A stretch of 64,000 nucleotides of DNA, from NCBI GenBank assembly GCA_965644295.1, contig CBFFRP010000032.1, positions 1-64,000 of the forward strand, in the 5' to 3' direction. Source of the stretch: Paraphysomonas bandaiensis (Eukaryota; Protista; Chrysophyceae). The notes beneath the pieces were generated by a model. That model did not search any database, had not been told where the DNA came from, and saw only the letters and a list, made by a program, of their open reading frames with translations. Made by a program: the position numbers and the translations under genes. Numbering within the stretch: the stretch's first letter is position 1; each line of letters starts with the position of its first letter. Shown one piece after another: positions 1 to 11,900 of this stretch.

Positions 1-252
1 AATATGTGACCATACCGTACACGTTCCATACCACTCCATGCAAGACAACAAGGAGTTCAAATGCATATACAGTATTGCGTACACCGTATACCAGTGCATT
101 TATACCGTGCATAAGCATATGAGCACCCTACCACTGTACAAGCCCACTGGCACTGCTGTTGTGAAGTGCACGCAGAGCACCATATGAATAACTTGCAGCG
201 CCGACATACAGCTCTAGTCTACTTGACCACATAACAATAATTGGCTAATTCC

Positions 253-1021
253 ATGTCAGAAGAAAGCAAAAGCTCTATGCAATCTGAGGTCGCAGCTGAT
301 GCGACTGGAGATGTGACTCTTTTACAGTTGATAACAGAGGGCAAGAACCCTCGCGGCATTCCATCTGCTATATTCATTGTGAGTGTCTTATATGCAGTAA
401 TGATGAGTCCGCGTTATAATTTATATGTGTTTTGATAGGAAAATGTGGAGCAGTATCTTGGTGGTCACTCTGTTGAGTCGACACTTGGAGCCCTACAAGA
501 ACTATACAGTAAATATAAATACATGGAGCAGAGTTTTGAAAGGTCCAAAGGCGTATACAAGTCTAAAGTTCCGCTCACAGAACAAACTTTGGACCTTTTA
601 CGCACTCTAAAGAAACGGAAGGATGAGGAAGAGGAGTTAATTACACGTTATAGTCTTTGTGACACTCTTTTTGCAGAAGCGAAGGTGTGTCAGTTGCTCG
701 CGGATTGAACATGGGTTTGATTTGATATGCAGGTTGATACATCTGAGTCCAAAGTGTATCTCTGGATTGGAGCAAGTACTATGGTTGAGTACACATACGA
801 TGAAGGTATGAAAACTTGTGCTTTTTCGGTAGTTGTAATTTTTTATTTCAGGAATCGAACTTTTGGAAACTCAGCTAAAGCAGTTTGCAGAGAAGATCAA
901 GGAGTTAAACGAAGACCTCGACCATCTACGTACTAATTCGATCACCGTTGAGGTGAACATGGCTAGATTATTTAATTACAACGTCAAAGTTAAGAAGCTG
1001 GCCCAAGCCTCTGCCAAGTAA
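253..1021 (+). CDS. PFDN3: Prefoldin subunit 3 (VBP1); 4 exons approx. 253-378, 439-684, 733-805, 852-1021
   Basis: Spliced translation gives NPRGIPSAIFI/ENVEQYL, LQELYSKYKYME, KVYLWIGASTMVEYTYDE and ITVEVNMARLFNYNVK, typical of PFDN3. Three GT-AG introns keep the frame. Confidence 0.93.
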
Positions 1022-1365
1022 GACCTCCTTGTTCTGAGTAGAAAAAAGTATTTATTTTGTGATTGGTACTGTAATCCGTCATTCTTTAATAATATTTTTT
1101 TCAACCAAGATACCAATCCCAGATTATTATATCTTTCAGTAGTTTTCAGAAACAAAGATCTTGTGAATATATTTTTCACCCACCTCACTGCATACAAGTA
1201 GCAAGCTATCTGAGCTTACTTTGTATTGCAGATAGTAGTCATCGTATTCCTGAATCGGATATATAAATGTTAAAAAGCTTCGTTTCTGCTGAAGTCTGGA
1301 CGGACTGTGTGATTTGAGTGGAGTGGGGTAGTGATTGTCCAATTATTAGCAATATAGGCGTGTAA

Positions 1366-1658
1366 TATTAGAATATGGACTGTATCCTAGTATATTCAAT
1401 GTGGTACTTGAAGACAATGTACGAGAATACAGTGAAGTATGGTGATGTGTAGATGCTGTTATGATATTGAGAAAACTGAAATAGTTTGCTCTTTCAAGAT
1501 ATGTTTAGTAGCGAAAGGTCTACAGAAGTAGTGATTTATGCATGGCACAAAACGAGCTTGTGTTGTTTAACACAATTCGTGTAAACGATATTAATAAATC
1601 TATCTAGTCTAACAACTTAATCTCTCTTTGATCTAAGTAAAATGAGCATTTCCCAACA
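1366..1658 (+). repeat. 5' LTR of Copia-1 (TA...CA termini)
   Basis: Direct repeat of 6527-6819; boundaries fixed by TSD, PBS and PPT. Confidence 0.95.
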
Positions 1659-4600
1659 TGGTAGCGAGCGAGGAGGAGAGAAGGAGGATAGAGGAGTAGT
1701 TCCTCAGTTCAACGAGACTAACGTTGAACAATGGATTGAGGACTTCGAGACATTCCTTATGAGGAAGGAACAAAGCGAGGTAGCGGTGGAACTGCCACCT
1801 AAGGAGAGCGACTTCGGGGAGCAGCCACTTACGTTGATGGAGGAGAAGGCGTACAGACAGGCTGTGAAGAGGTATTGGAAGGCGAACGCCATAGCTTATT
1901 CTTACTGCAGGGATGCGGTGCAGCATTCCCCGAAAGCGCTGCGTAAATTCCATCTTACCCACAAAGCGTTCAAGGCAGAAGGGAGTGGTGTAAACAGGTT
2001 CAAAACACATGTAATGATTGATGAGTTGAAGAAGTGTTTTGCTGGAGGGAAGCAAAATAGGATCAGTGACCTCTTAACTCAATATGGTTCTTTCCGTATG
2101 CGTCCGGAGGAGACGGCGAAGGACTACGTACTACGGTTCGAACTACTGCTGAAGGAACTACAGGAGCAGCAGCAGGATATCTCGGAGGTATCAAAAACAA
2201 GTCGACTACGAGAAGGCTTGCTCAATGAAGAGTATGCTCAACTGAGAGTTGGATTATACTTGATGGATGATGATGTTAATTATGTAACTGTATCACGTAA
2301 GATAGAAGGCTATGATGATACTATGGCTGGGAAGGAAGCGTTGGAGAAGAAGCGTAAAAGAGTGGAGGAGCTGAACCTGATAGACAGTAAGAAACGATAT
2401 CGCAGAGAGAGGGATCATCGTAAGAAGAACAACGGTAAGAAGAAGCCGATGAAGAAGGATACAGAGATTACAGGGCAGCGACCTGGAAGTGCCGAATATA
2501 CTGGGTGCAGAAATTGTAAGTCAAAGGAACATCTTGCCATCGATTGTCCAGCATCGAAAAAGAAGTACTCGCAAAGCAAGAGCAAGGCTGTGAGGTTTCA
2601 AGATGGAAGGAAACCAGACAAAAGACTACTTACAGTTGAAAACATCAGGCGTGGAGAGCCAGCGGATTTGTCTGACGAAGACGAAGCAAATATGATCGAG
2701 CAACAGGAAGAGTATCACTTGTCATGTAATGTGTATGAGACGAATATATGCAGTAGTGTGCATGAGGATATTCACTATACATACATTGATACCTGTTGTT
2801 CGTCATCAATGTTTTTGATAAATGATGTGAATATACTTGATAGTCATATGCACACATCAAAGGTTATTAATGGTTCGAAAAAAGGGTCAGAGATATGCGT
2901 CACGAGTGTAGGTTCCCGTGGAGCATGGAAGAACATTGAGGTATCAAGTCAGATAAATCGGTGTCTTTGTTCTGGACGGAAGTTGAACGATATGGGATAT
3001 CGATTTACTGTATGGTATGGTATACAGATATATGACAGAAATACGGATGAGCTGGTGTTGGAGGGACCTATGAAGAATGGAATGACTGCTGTGCCAACAC
3101 AGCAGTTATTGGAGCTTCCAGACGTATCGACATCCAGTGATTCAGAAGTAAATCTCAGTGACCGTACGGGTGAGGATGAACTGGAGCTGTTACATAGGAG
3201 AGCGGGTCATTTTAACAAGCATGCGTTGGTAGAAGCCCACAAAAGAATGCTAATTATTGGGACTGGACTGAAACGAAAACATCTCTCGAAACGTGTTTCC
3301 AAAGAACAGTGTCTATGTGATGTATGCGCCAGGGCGAAGATCACCAGAGTAAGTTTTCGGACAAAGGATGAGGACTCCGTTCGTCCAAATTTCTCGGCCG
3401 ATATAGCAGTATACTTAAATTGTCCAGCTCGAGGAGGGGAAATATATGTGCTCAAACTAACACACCATGCCAGTCGGATGTTCTGGTCGGAAGGGCTTGT
3501 TCATAGGACTGGGTCATCGGTACTGCAGGTTTTCAAGAAGATTTTTGAAGGAGATGTGAAAAGGTACAAATTAGAAATGCATCATTACCATGCAGATGGA
3601 GCAGGGGAGCTAATATGTGATGAGCTGCGACAATATCTTAGGTCACAGGGTTGCTATCAACATACGTGGAGCTCTACGGACTCTCCTGAGATGAACGCGA
3701 TTGAGGAGCGGAAATTCAGGACCTGTGGTGAGATGACATTAGCGATGCTGATTCAGTCAGGATTGCCTTCACAGTTTTGGCTAGATGCCTACATGGCAGC
3801 CAGGTACATATTAATTCGATTGCCTACAAAGACAGCGAAGGGGTATATGTCCCCTCTTGAATTTTTGACTGGTGAGGCTCCCAATCTGAAATATCTCAGA
3901 GTATGGGGGTGTCGTGCGTATGTCCTCACTACAAAGGCGGATCGACGGAAAGACTGGGACGACAAGGCCCTTATCGGATATCTGATAGGATATTCAGATG
4001 AAAAGGTAGGATATGATGTATATCTACCTGCGACTGATAGGGTCGTCACGTCGGTACATGTATTAACTGATGAGTCCATACCGTCACGCTCGGAGAGCTA
4101 TTTCGCTGAGATAGATGCTCTTCGAGTGAAGGAGGCCGAGAGACCGAAAATTGTGTCTGACTATGCGGGCTTAGAAGGTACATATCATATTGATGATGAG
4201 GATGGTCTTCTCTACAAGACCACGAGAGTAGTAGAACGAAAGGGGGTAATAGTAGCCTATCGATCTCTGGTAACTGCAGGTCGGAAGCATATCGAGCACC
4301 GGGTGCCGATTCACGTCGAGGACGTAGTGCGAATGACTGCAGAAACTCCCGGGAATACCGGATATATAGGAAAGGGGGACGCCCTGAGTACTATGCCAGC
4401 CAGGGTGCTGGACCAGGGAAGACCTGGAGGGTTACAGGAGAGTCCTGACCCAACCTGTCAGGAGACAGCTGTGAGGTTGCAGACCTCTGAAGACTATGAG
4501 TCTGGGGTTGTGAGCGGGGCTCCTCCCACAACGCACGATGTGCGTGCTCAGGATGAGCAAGGTACGGGTTCTTATATACCTCGTCGACCGATTGAACTAG

Positions 4601-6353
4601 ATGGTGATGGTCGGGTCCGACGCAAACGGCTGCAGCGGAGACTGGCAAACGCGTCAGTTTTAGGAGAGATTAATATGGTTGAAGTACCGGATGCGCATAA
4701 TATTGATCTTAACCATGCAGAGACAGAAGATATCAAGATACCAAATTCATATGCCGAGGCAGAGAGATCTCCACAGTATCAACAATGGAGAAAAGCTCGA
4801 ATGGTGGAGAAGACATCATTGCTGAAAAGACGTGTCTTGAAGATCGTGAAAATTCCAAGCGGAGTGAAATTAGTTAGAGCGAAATATGTGCATACGGTGA
4901 AGCGAGACATACTAGGGAATATAGTAAAGTACAAGGCTCGGCTAGTGGCATTAGGAAATCTCCAAGAGAAGAAGGAGGAGGAGCCGTCCACTTTCGCTCC
5001 AGTGGTTAAGGGTATAACCATTAGACTAGTGTTAGCGATTGCGTTTATGTTACAGATGCATGTGCATCAATTAGATGTATCATCCGCATTTTGCTATGCA
5101 GATCTGGAGGATGACGTGTATATGGCACCTCCACCAGATGAGGAATTACTAGCTGGATGGTGTTTTCAACTAATCAAGGCATTGTATGGACTGCGATCTT
5201 CACCGCGACAGTGGAATAAACATATTGACAAGTTTATTAAATCATTGCATTTTACTCCGTGTATTTTGGATACGTGTTTGTATATGCGATGGAGTAACGG
5301 AAAACTGCATTTATTATTGATATATGTTGATGATATCATAATTGCATCCGCTGATCTGACTTACTTGGAAAGCGTAAAGCGTAGGTTCTGTGAAACATTC
5401 GAGATGCATGATCTGGGAGTGTGTAAGCGATTTCTGAACATCAGGATAACCAGAGGAGAAAATTGGTATATGTTAGATCAATCTGAGTATGCTAAGAATA
5501 TTATCAAGAAATTCAGCTCAGTTATGGGAAAGAGTAGTAAGAATAAGGAGGCCCCACTACCTACTAATGTTCAGGATCTGTTGGCAGAGGAACGTGAACT
5601 TACGGAGGAGCAGAAGCAGTGGGTTGACTCATTTCCGTATCGGCAAATTATTGGAGCAGTGTTGTATCTAGCAATGCATACTAGACCTGATCTGGCTTAT
5701 GCAGTGGGGTTATTGTCTCGATTTAGTAGTTGTCCGACATATGCATCGTGCAAACTGGCGATTCACTTATTGAAATATTTGCGTGGAACAATTGATGAGG
5801 GCATCAGATTCAGTGGGAGTGAGTTCGACTTACATGTGTTCAGTGATTCAGATTGGGCTGGTGATAGACTGACTCGGCGATCGACAACAGGATACATTGT
5901 GTTCTTATGTGCAGGCGCATTGGCCTGGCAGTCTAAACTACAGACCACAGTTGCAACTTCGAGCATGGAATCTGAATATATGGCGGAGTATGCGGCTATG
6001 CAAGAACTGGTGTGGCTTCGGGGGTGTTCAAGGAGCTCGGGCTCTTAGTTGCGAAGCCGACTCCATTCTTTATGGATAGCAAGAGTGCGAAAGATCTCTC
6101 CGAGAATCCTGTGTATCATAAGAGGTCGAAGCATATAGACATCAAGTATCACTGGGTGAGAGAGCATGTAAATGGAAAATTTCCTACGGCAAAGTTGATT
6201 CATGTGTCGACGGATGATATGGCGGCTGATATTTTCACGAAGGCATTGTCAACGAAACTTTTCAGTCGTCATGAGAAAACTATTACCGGGGTTAAGAGAA
6301 GTGTGTCAACCAGAGTTGAGGAGCAGCAGAAGAAGCGACCCCGAAGAGGTTAA
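1642..6353 (+). CDS. Copia-1 gag-pol polyprotein; single frameshift at ~6020 (G homopolymer) within RNase H
   Basis: Zn knuckle CRNCKSKEHLAIDC, protease YIDTC, integrase HxxxGH..CDVC with D(SAD)-D(HADG)-E, RT IYVDDI, RNase H SDSDWAGD. The C-terminus (MDSKSA..HKRSKHIDIKYH..ADIFTK) continues in ORF 6012-6353. Confidence 0.93.
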
Positions 6354-6526
6354 AGGTGTGTTTTAGTGGGTGAGAATCCCACATAACTATATATCTAGTT
6401 GACTGCTAGTTATATATGTATCTTGATAAGATTTCACATCTATTTTACCTATGAGACTAGTTTATAGCATGAAGATCACTGTACTCATTGTTGTTTCGTA
6501 TCACTGCATTCTACATTGAGTGGGAG

Positions 6527-6819
6527 TATTAGAATATGGACTGTATCCTAGTATATTCAATGTGGTACTTGAAGACAATGTACGAGAATACAGTGAAGTA
6601 TGGTGATGTGTAGATGCTGTTATGATATTGAGAAAACTGAAATAGTTTGCTCTTTCAAGATATGTTTAGTAGCGAAAGGTCTACAGAAGTAGTGATTTAT
6701 GCATGGCACAAAACGAGCTTGTGTTGTTTAACACAATTCGTGTAAACGATATTAATAAATCTATCTAGTCTAACAACTTAATCTCTCTTTGATCTAAGTA
6801 AAATGAGCATTTCCCAACA
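6527..6819 (+). repeat. 3' LTR of Copia-1
   Basis: Direct repeat of 1366-1658, preceded by the PPT and followed by TSD TGTAA. Confidence 0.95.
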
Positions 6820-8918
6820 TGTAAGAGTCAGAACTAGTGTAGCAAATCAATTTAACCAACTAGTGCTTAACTCTGATTTAATACTATTTGGCGTTACAAA
6901 AGTTGCTTGTGCGTCACCGCAAGCACCACAGTGCAACCACTTTCGCTCACTGTCCTAAAGATGAACTAGCCCGGATGTTTGACTTTAGTAGGCAGTCCAA
7001 TATCCCGGATCCCCCGGATGCCCTTGAGGTGATCTGCTGGCTATTTAGCGGCTCACGTTGTTTTCCCGGCAAAAACCTCCGGTATTTATTCCCCATAACA
7101 CCACGAAAAGGTGTGAGTCCGACTTTGTTGAGGGTGGAGTGAAGGACACACTGTAAACTGTAGTATCCGTGGCTAGTGTGCAACTTCTTCTGCTTCCACA
7201 AAGTATTATGTGCAAAAGATGTAGTGGTAGCATTCACAAAGGGTGGGATATTCACAAAAGATGATAAACCTTGGGTGGGCAAAGGAGAATACCCTTCAGA
7301 CTTCAGTTCAGACATGGGAGAGTGTAAACAATTTACGACGCATAATCATATATCCATTTATCGATAATGTTACGCAATATGTTAGCAATAATGACTTGAA
7401 AAAAACGACACACTCGGTATATGTTACAACATAGATATAATTGACTGTGCACGTTAAGAATATCTACAAGTAATTTTAAGATTTAAGATTACGACGTATA
7501 TTATTCATCTGAAATGCATATTATTACAACGTATATGAACACTTCGAATATTACTTAATATGTTGTTAAAGAATTACTTCAATAATTTTACTATATGAAG
7601 AACCTTGGAGTATTCTATGAACCCCGTTCCTGTCTAATATGCAACCACCCACGACACTAGCACAACCTAAAACCTAAGTGACAGATTATGAGGGGATTAA
7701 AGCTTGCTTTGCTTTCTCCTTTCAAACCGAGAAATCAGTCCGCTCAAGAACAATTCATATACTTTCCTAGTGTGATAATGAAGACACACAAGAAGGGACG
7801 TAAGCAGTTTCGCTGCTGTTTACAATCTATTGACTGTAAGTGTGAGAACATTTTCCCAGCATTTCGACAGTGAGGACTTCGTTTCAGTGTTATCACACAT
7901 TTAAGTATAGACATGCTTGTGAGAAGCACAACTGCATATTTATATGCAGCGACTACATTCCCGTGAGTAGAGGGCGTGTTCTCCACACGTGCAATACTTC
8001 AGCATGGTGCGTAGGCATGGACTCTTTTTCAACTCAACCGACATTCCAGATATCTCTTTCGATACCTCCAAATAATAAAAGTCAACGGCCAAGAGTGCCC
8101 GGGATGCTTGTCATTTTCATCATACAGCGCGGAACGTCATATGAACAATTTGACATCTATTCTAGACTCCAATGCACTATTGATAGACCGCTGCAGATAA
8201 AGGGATTATCGATATATCGGTAGTGTTTCTGTATCCAATAATTCGGAGACAAGTTTGAAAATAGAGTCTTAGGTTATGGCCGCCAGAGATTCTAACCGTC
8301 GTATCCATGTAAGCAACCTACTACGAGTAGTGTTCGCCACAGTCACTATGCAATAGGATGATCTGCACTCGGAATGGGAATAAATTAACTGTAAATATAT
8401 TCATATCAATCCAATATACTGAACACTTGATGTCTGGATATATATATATATGTATTATCCATGAACAAACCCTCTCTGTAAGTACTTGAAATCTGTGTCC
8501 ATGGAGATGGTATGGTATGAGATCGGATATCTTACGTACACAAATATGATATGGTATACGGCGACAATGTCAGATTTTTTTATAAAAACACCACTTTTAG
8601 ACAAAATTGATAATTTTCACACACCAGATGGCGGTATACCAGAATACAATAGTATAATGTTAGTGTACGCCACTCTTGATACCAGTATGTGTTATTATAT
8701 GCGGATCATGGCATCACTTGGTCTGCACGTGCACATTGCGAACAAGAGCCCATTAGTCCTTAAACAGCCTTTGTCTCCATCGAAGCACACGTGAACATAA
8801 TCGAGGACCCCCACGAGTGTGCTGTGTCCCTGTCTGTCTTTTATGTCCATCACTTCGAAGTGTTTCCTCTAAGAGTACTTGAATTTAATCGACTTCACTT
8901 CTATTTGTATCGAGTAGT

Positions 8919-11900
8919 ATGCCGTCACTTATAAAAATAAGAGTGGTATGATGTGCTACTCGTCTAGGAACTTATATGTGTCTGTGACTCTAATGCATGA
9001 CAGGTGGAGGGTCGTGATTTGCCTGTGATGGATAGGAATCTTCAGGGCGAGGCGTTTACAGATTCTTATGTTGAGATACGGTTAGGAAAGCACCAACAGC
9101 AGCGCACACAGACGATCAGAAAGACTCTGAATCCTCTATGGGATGAAGAGTTTCGGTTTGAGGTTGTGGACGACTCCTTGCTACAGAACACGCCAGTGGA
9201 ATTCAAGGTGCATAGTGCCTGTAAGGAGCGCTCTAATTGTCTCTTATCAGGTTATGGACCAAAATTTATCGTCATCTGAGCTGATAGGCGTGGTGTATGT
9301 GGACCTGAACCCTCTCATAATGAGGACTGCCCATGGATCTGACAAAGACTTGATTGTTGAAGGCTGGTTTCCACTCTATGACACACTGCGTGGAATACAA
9401 GGATCACTCTTTGTTGCTGTGAAACTGCAGTTTATTGGTAACGACAATCCTTTTCGCGATTCTGCTGCGGGGGTTCAGTTTTTCTCAACTTCCTCTCTTT
9501 CCCCATCCGAATTTGTTATACAAGAGGTTGCAGTCGTCTATTATTCTTTTTCGTTACCTTATACTCTCGGTAGGTACTGGGCCTTGTTGTGGACCTTGTG
9601 GTCGAAGATGATCCAGAGATGTCATGGCATGACTACTTTCGAGCTGCCAAGTCCAGTAATGACAGCCGGTATATAATATATTGATTTCTGTTCGTACTAG
9701 AGTGAAGTCTTGTGGTCGTTTAGTATGCGTGTCTTGTATCGACTCAGTGCGACTGTTCGTAAAGAGGTTGGGAAAAAGGTGATCGAGGCAGGAGGCAATG
9801 CAGTTTTGGGGTATACATCACACTTTGATGTTGAGGGAGACTCTGGTATTGTTGCGAGAGCGTATGGCACTGCTTGCCGCCTCATGAAGGTGCCGTAATG
9901 TTTCCCATTGTGGTATTTTTCTGCCTTATATGACACCTTGTGGGAGATAGGTTACTGGTAGCGGAATCGGTGTCATAGAGTCTGATGGTACTCATGGAGG
10001 TATATAAGTAATTTAAATTATTTCTGAATAATTCCACTTCAGGATCTTCGGATTTCCCTCCACCCCCATTTCCTCGCCGTTCAACTACAGCACCAGCGCA
10101 TCCGTCATTACACTCCCACCTCCCCGGGCGTGCTTTGCAGAATATCCACGGGGTCCTAGGAGCATATACCAGCTCCAGTATCGGAATACCAGGGCTAGAT
10201 GGAGAGCTCCAACTGCAGGCCTTCGGACCTTGCAATGATAAGGTTCCTGGACAGACTCGTGATGCATCGGGGACTGCAAGGTATTGCCATATGACCGTTG
10301 TACATGTGGTCGACGGTACTGTTACACAGATATTCTGGGCGTGCAGAATACTCTAACATGCAGACCGAGGGCACATCAAAAAACATATTTCAGTCCGAGG
10401 TGGAACTGCTTTCACTGAAATCGTTCGACGACCATGTCCGTATCCGATTTGGTGGGCTCGTCATGGCGAAGTCAGTGAAGGTCAGATCTATAGAATATTC
10501 AGTGCTCAGTTGATTTTGGTTGTTCTCAGTTTCTGGGGAAGCTTCAGAGCAGCTTAAGTGATCAGGAAACGCGAGAAGGATGGTGGGAAGAGCTCCGAGA
10601 TGAGGTGTGTCTCCTCTGGTTTTGGTTACGTGCTTGTGTTATATAGCTATAGATTCGGAATCATGCACAGACCCTGTGCTGCACCCACGTGGTCGGGTAC
10701 ACTGAAATATGCACCGTTCATGGCGATGTGTGTATTCTTATGTGCACAGGAACTGCTGCTGTCATTAAGGTGACATCGTATTATTTATATGTTACTTAGT
10801 ATATGATATTTTCCTAGGGGTTTCCTCACCCAGTTTACCACCACACGGGTACTGTCAGTAGCATCACTCAGGATGTGCATCATCAGCAACACACATACGC
10901 TGCCTCAAGAGCTGATACTGCGACAAATGCGACAGCCATGTCGATTGATCCACATTCATCTCCTATTGAGCAAATTGTCTCTGATATTGTTGATTATGAT
11001 GCGGATGGGAGTGCGAATGAGGTGAGATATGTTCCACTGCCTCAATAATGTAAGGATTTGTCATTGCTATATATAGGATACATACATCAAGAAAAGGTCT
11101 AGTTCCAAACATATGGCTACTTCACCTGGGTTTGAGACCTCTCTTTTACGCTCAGTCTCGGACGCTAACCCTGTATCGGCATCTGGAGGATCATCATCCT
11201 CTCATGTATTAAGGCGTCATCGATCTCAAGGAGACGCATTTGTCCCTCCCATTTCAACGACTATGCCTAAAAGTTCAAGACGATATCCTCGACAGTGTTC
11301 CATAGCACATGTACCGTATAATCGCAGCAGGTAGTTAATGTAGGCTATGGCTAATACCCGCAGTGATTGTAAATGCAATATAGAGCGCCATTTGCATTCA
11401 TGCGCCTTGTTCCGTGTTTGATGTGTGGTCGAAAATGGGTTCCAGAATACATGATAACTACTGTGCAACCATCTCCCTCTATGCCAGTCAGGGGAAAGGG
11501 CAAGTTGCTGGAGGTTATTGTGCATCGTGCACGTAAATCTGGCAGTGGGGAACAAGATGCTGTGAAAGTTTCTGAGGTAATATAGTGAGAGTGTTTATGT
11601 GCCTTGGATGAGAGATATGTTAGGTGCTTCCGTTCGTGGAGTTTGATGTACAAAAGCAGCTCATGCTGAAGCTTAAAGTATTAGGCATGAATGCTGCCAT
11701 GGGATATTGCTGTACGGTAAGCGATTTTCTCCTGTGGACCTGAGTTGTAGTGACACTTGCAAAAAGGTCCAATTTGGTGCCAGTATGATAATAGCGACGG
11801 CCACTTGCACCGCCGTATATTTAGGTAAGACCGTACCCTGCATATGCATGTCATTCACATTACTGTGGTCACTACAGAGCCTTTACCCCCTCCCCCGCTG

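Larger units (their letters stand above)
1366..6819 (+). mobile_element. Ty1/Copia LTR retrotransposon 1 (full length, recent)
   Basis: 293-bp LTRs at 1366-1658 and 6527-6819, identical by eye; 5-bp TSD TGTAA (1361-1365, 6820-6824); PBS TGGTAGCG at 1659; purine tract GAGTGGGAG before the 3' LTR; domain order gag-PR-IN-RT-RH. Confidence 0.97.
1326..7135 (-). mobile_element. SINE-like retroposon copy A, split by the Copia-1 insertion
   Basis: Tail GTAGTGATTGTCCAATTATTAGC at 1328-1350 and body at 6825-7135 match copies at 14975, 24416 and 36632; candidate TSD GTGGAGTG (1318-1325, 7134-7141). Confidence 0.75.

Noticed and set aside
6015-6030. Programmed frameshift in Copia-1 RNase H
   Set aside because: Run of 5 G versus 6 G at the same site in Copia-2; a homopolymer deletion or sequencing error is the simpler explanation.
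7140-8400. Possible decayed coding or transposase fragments
   Set aside because: No recognisable motif and frequent stops.
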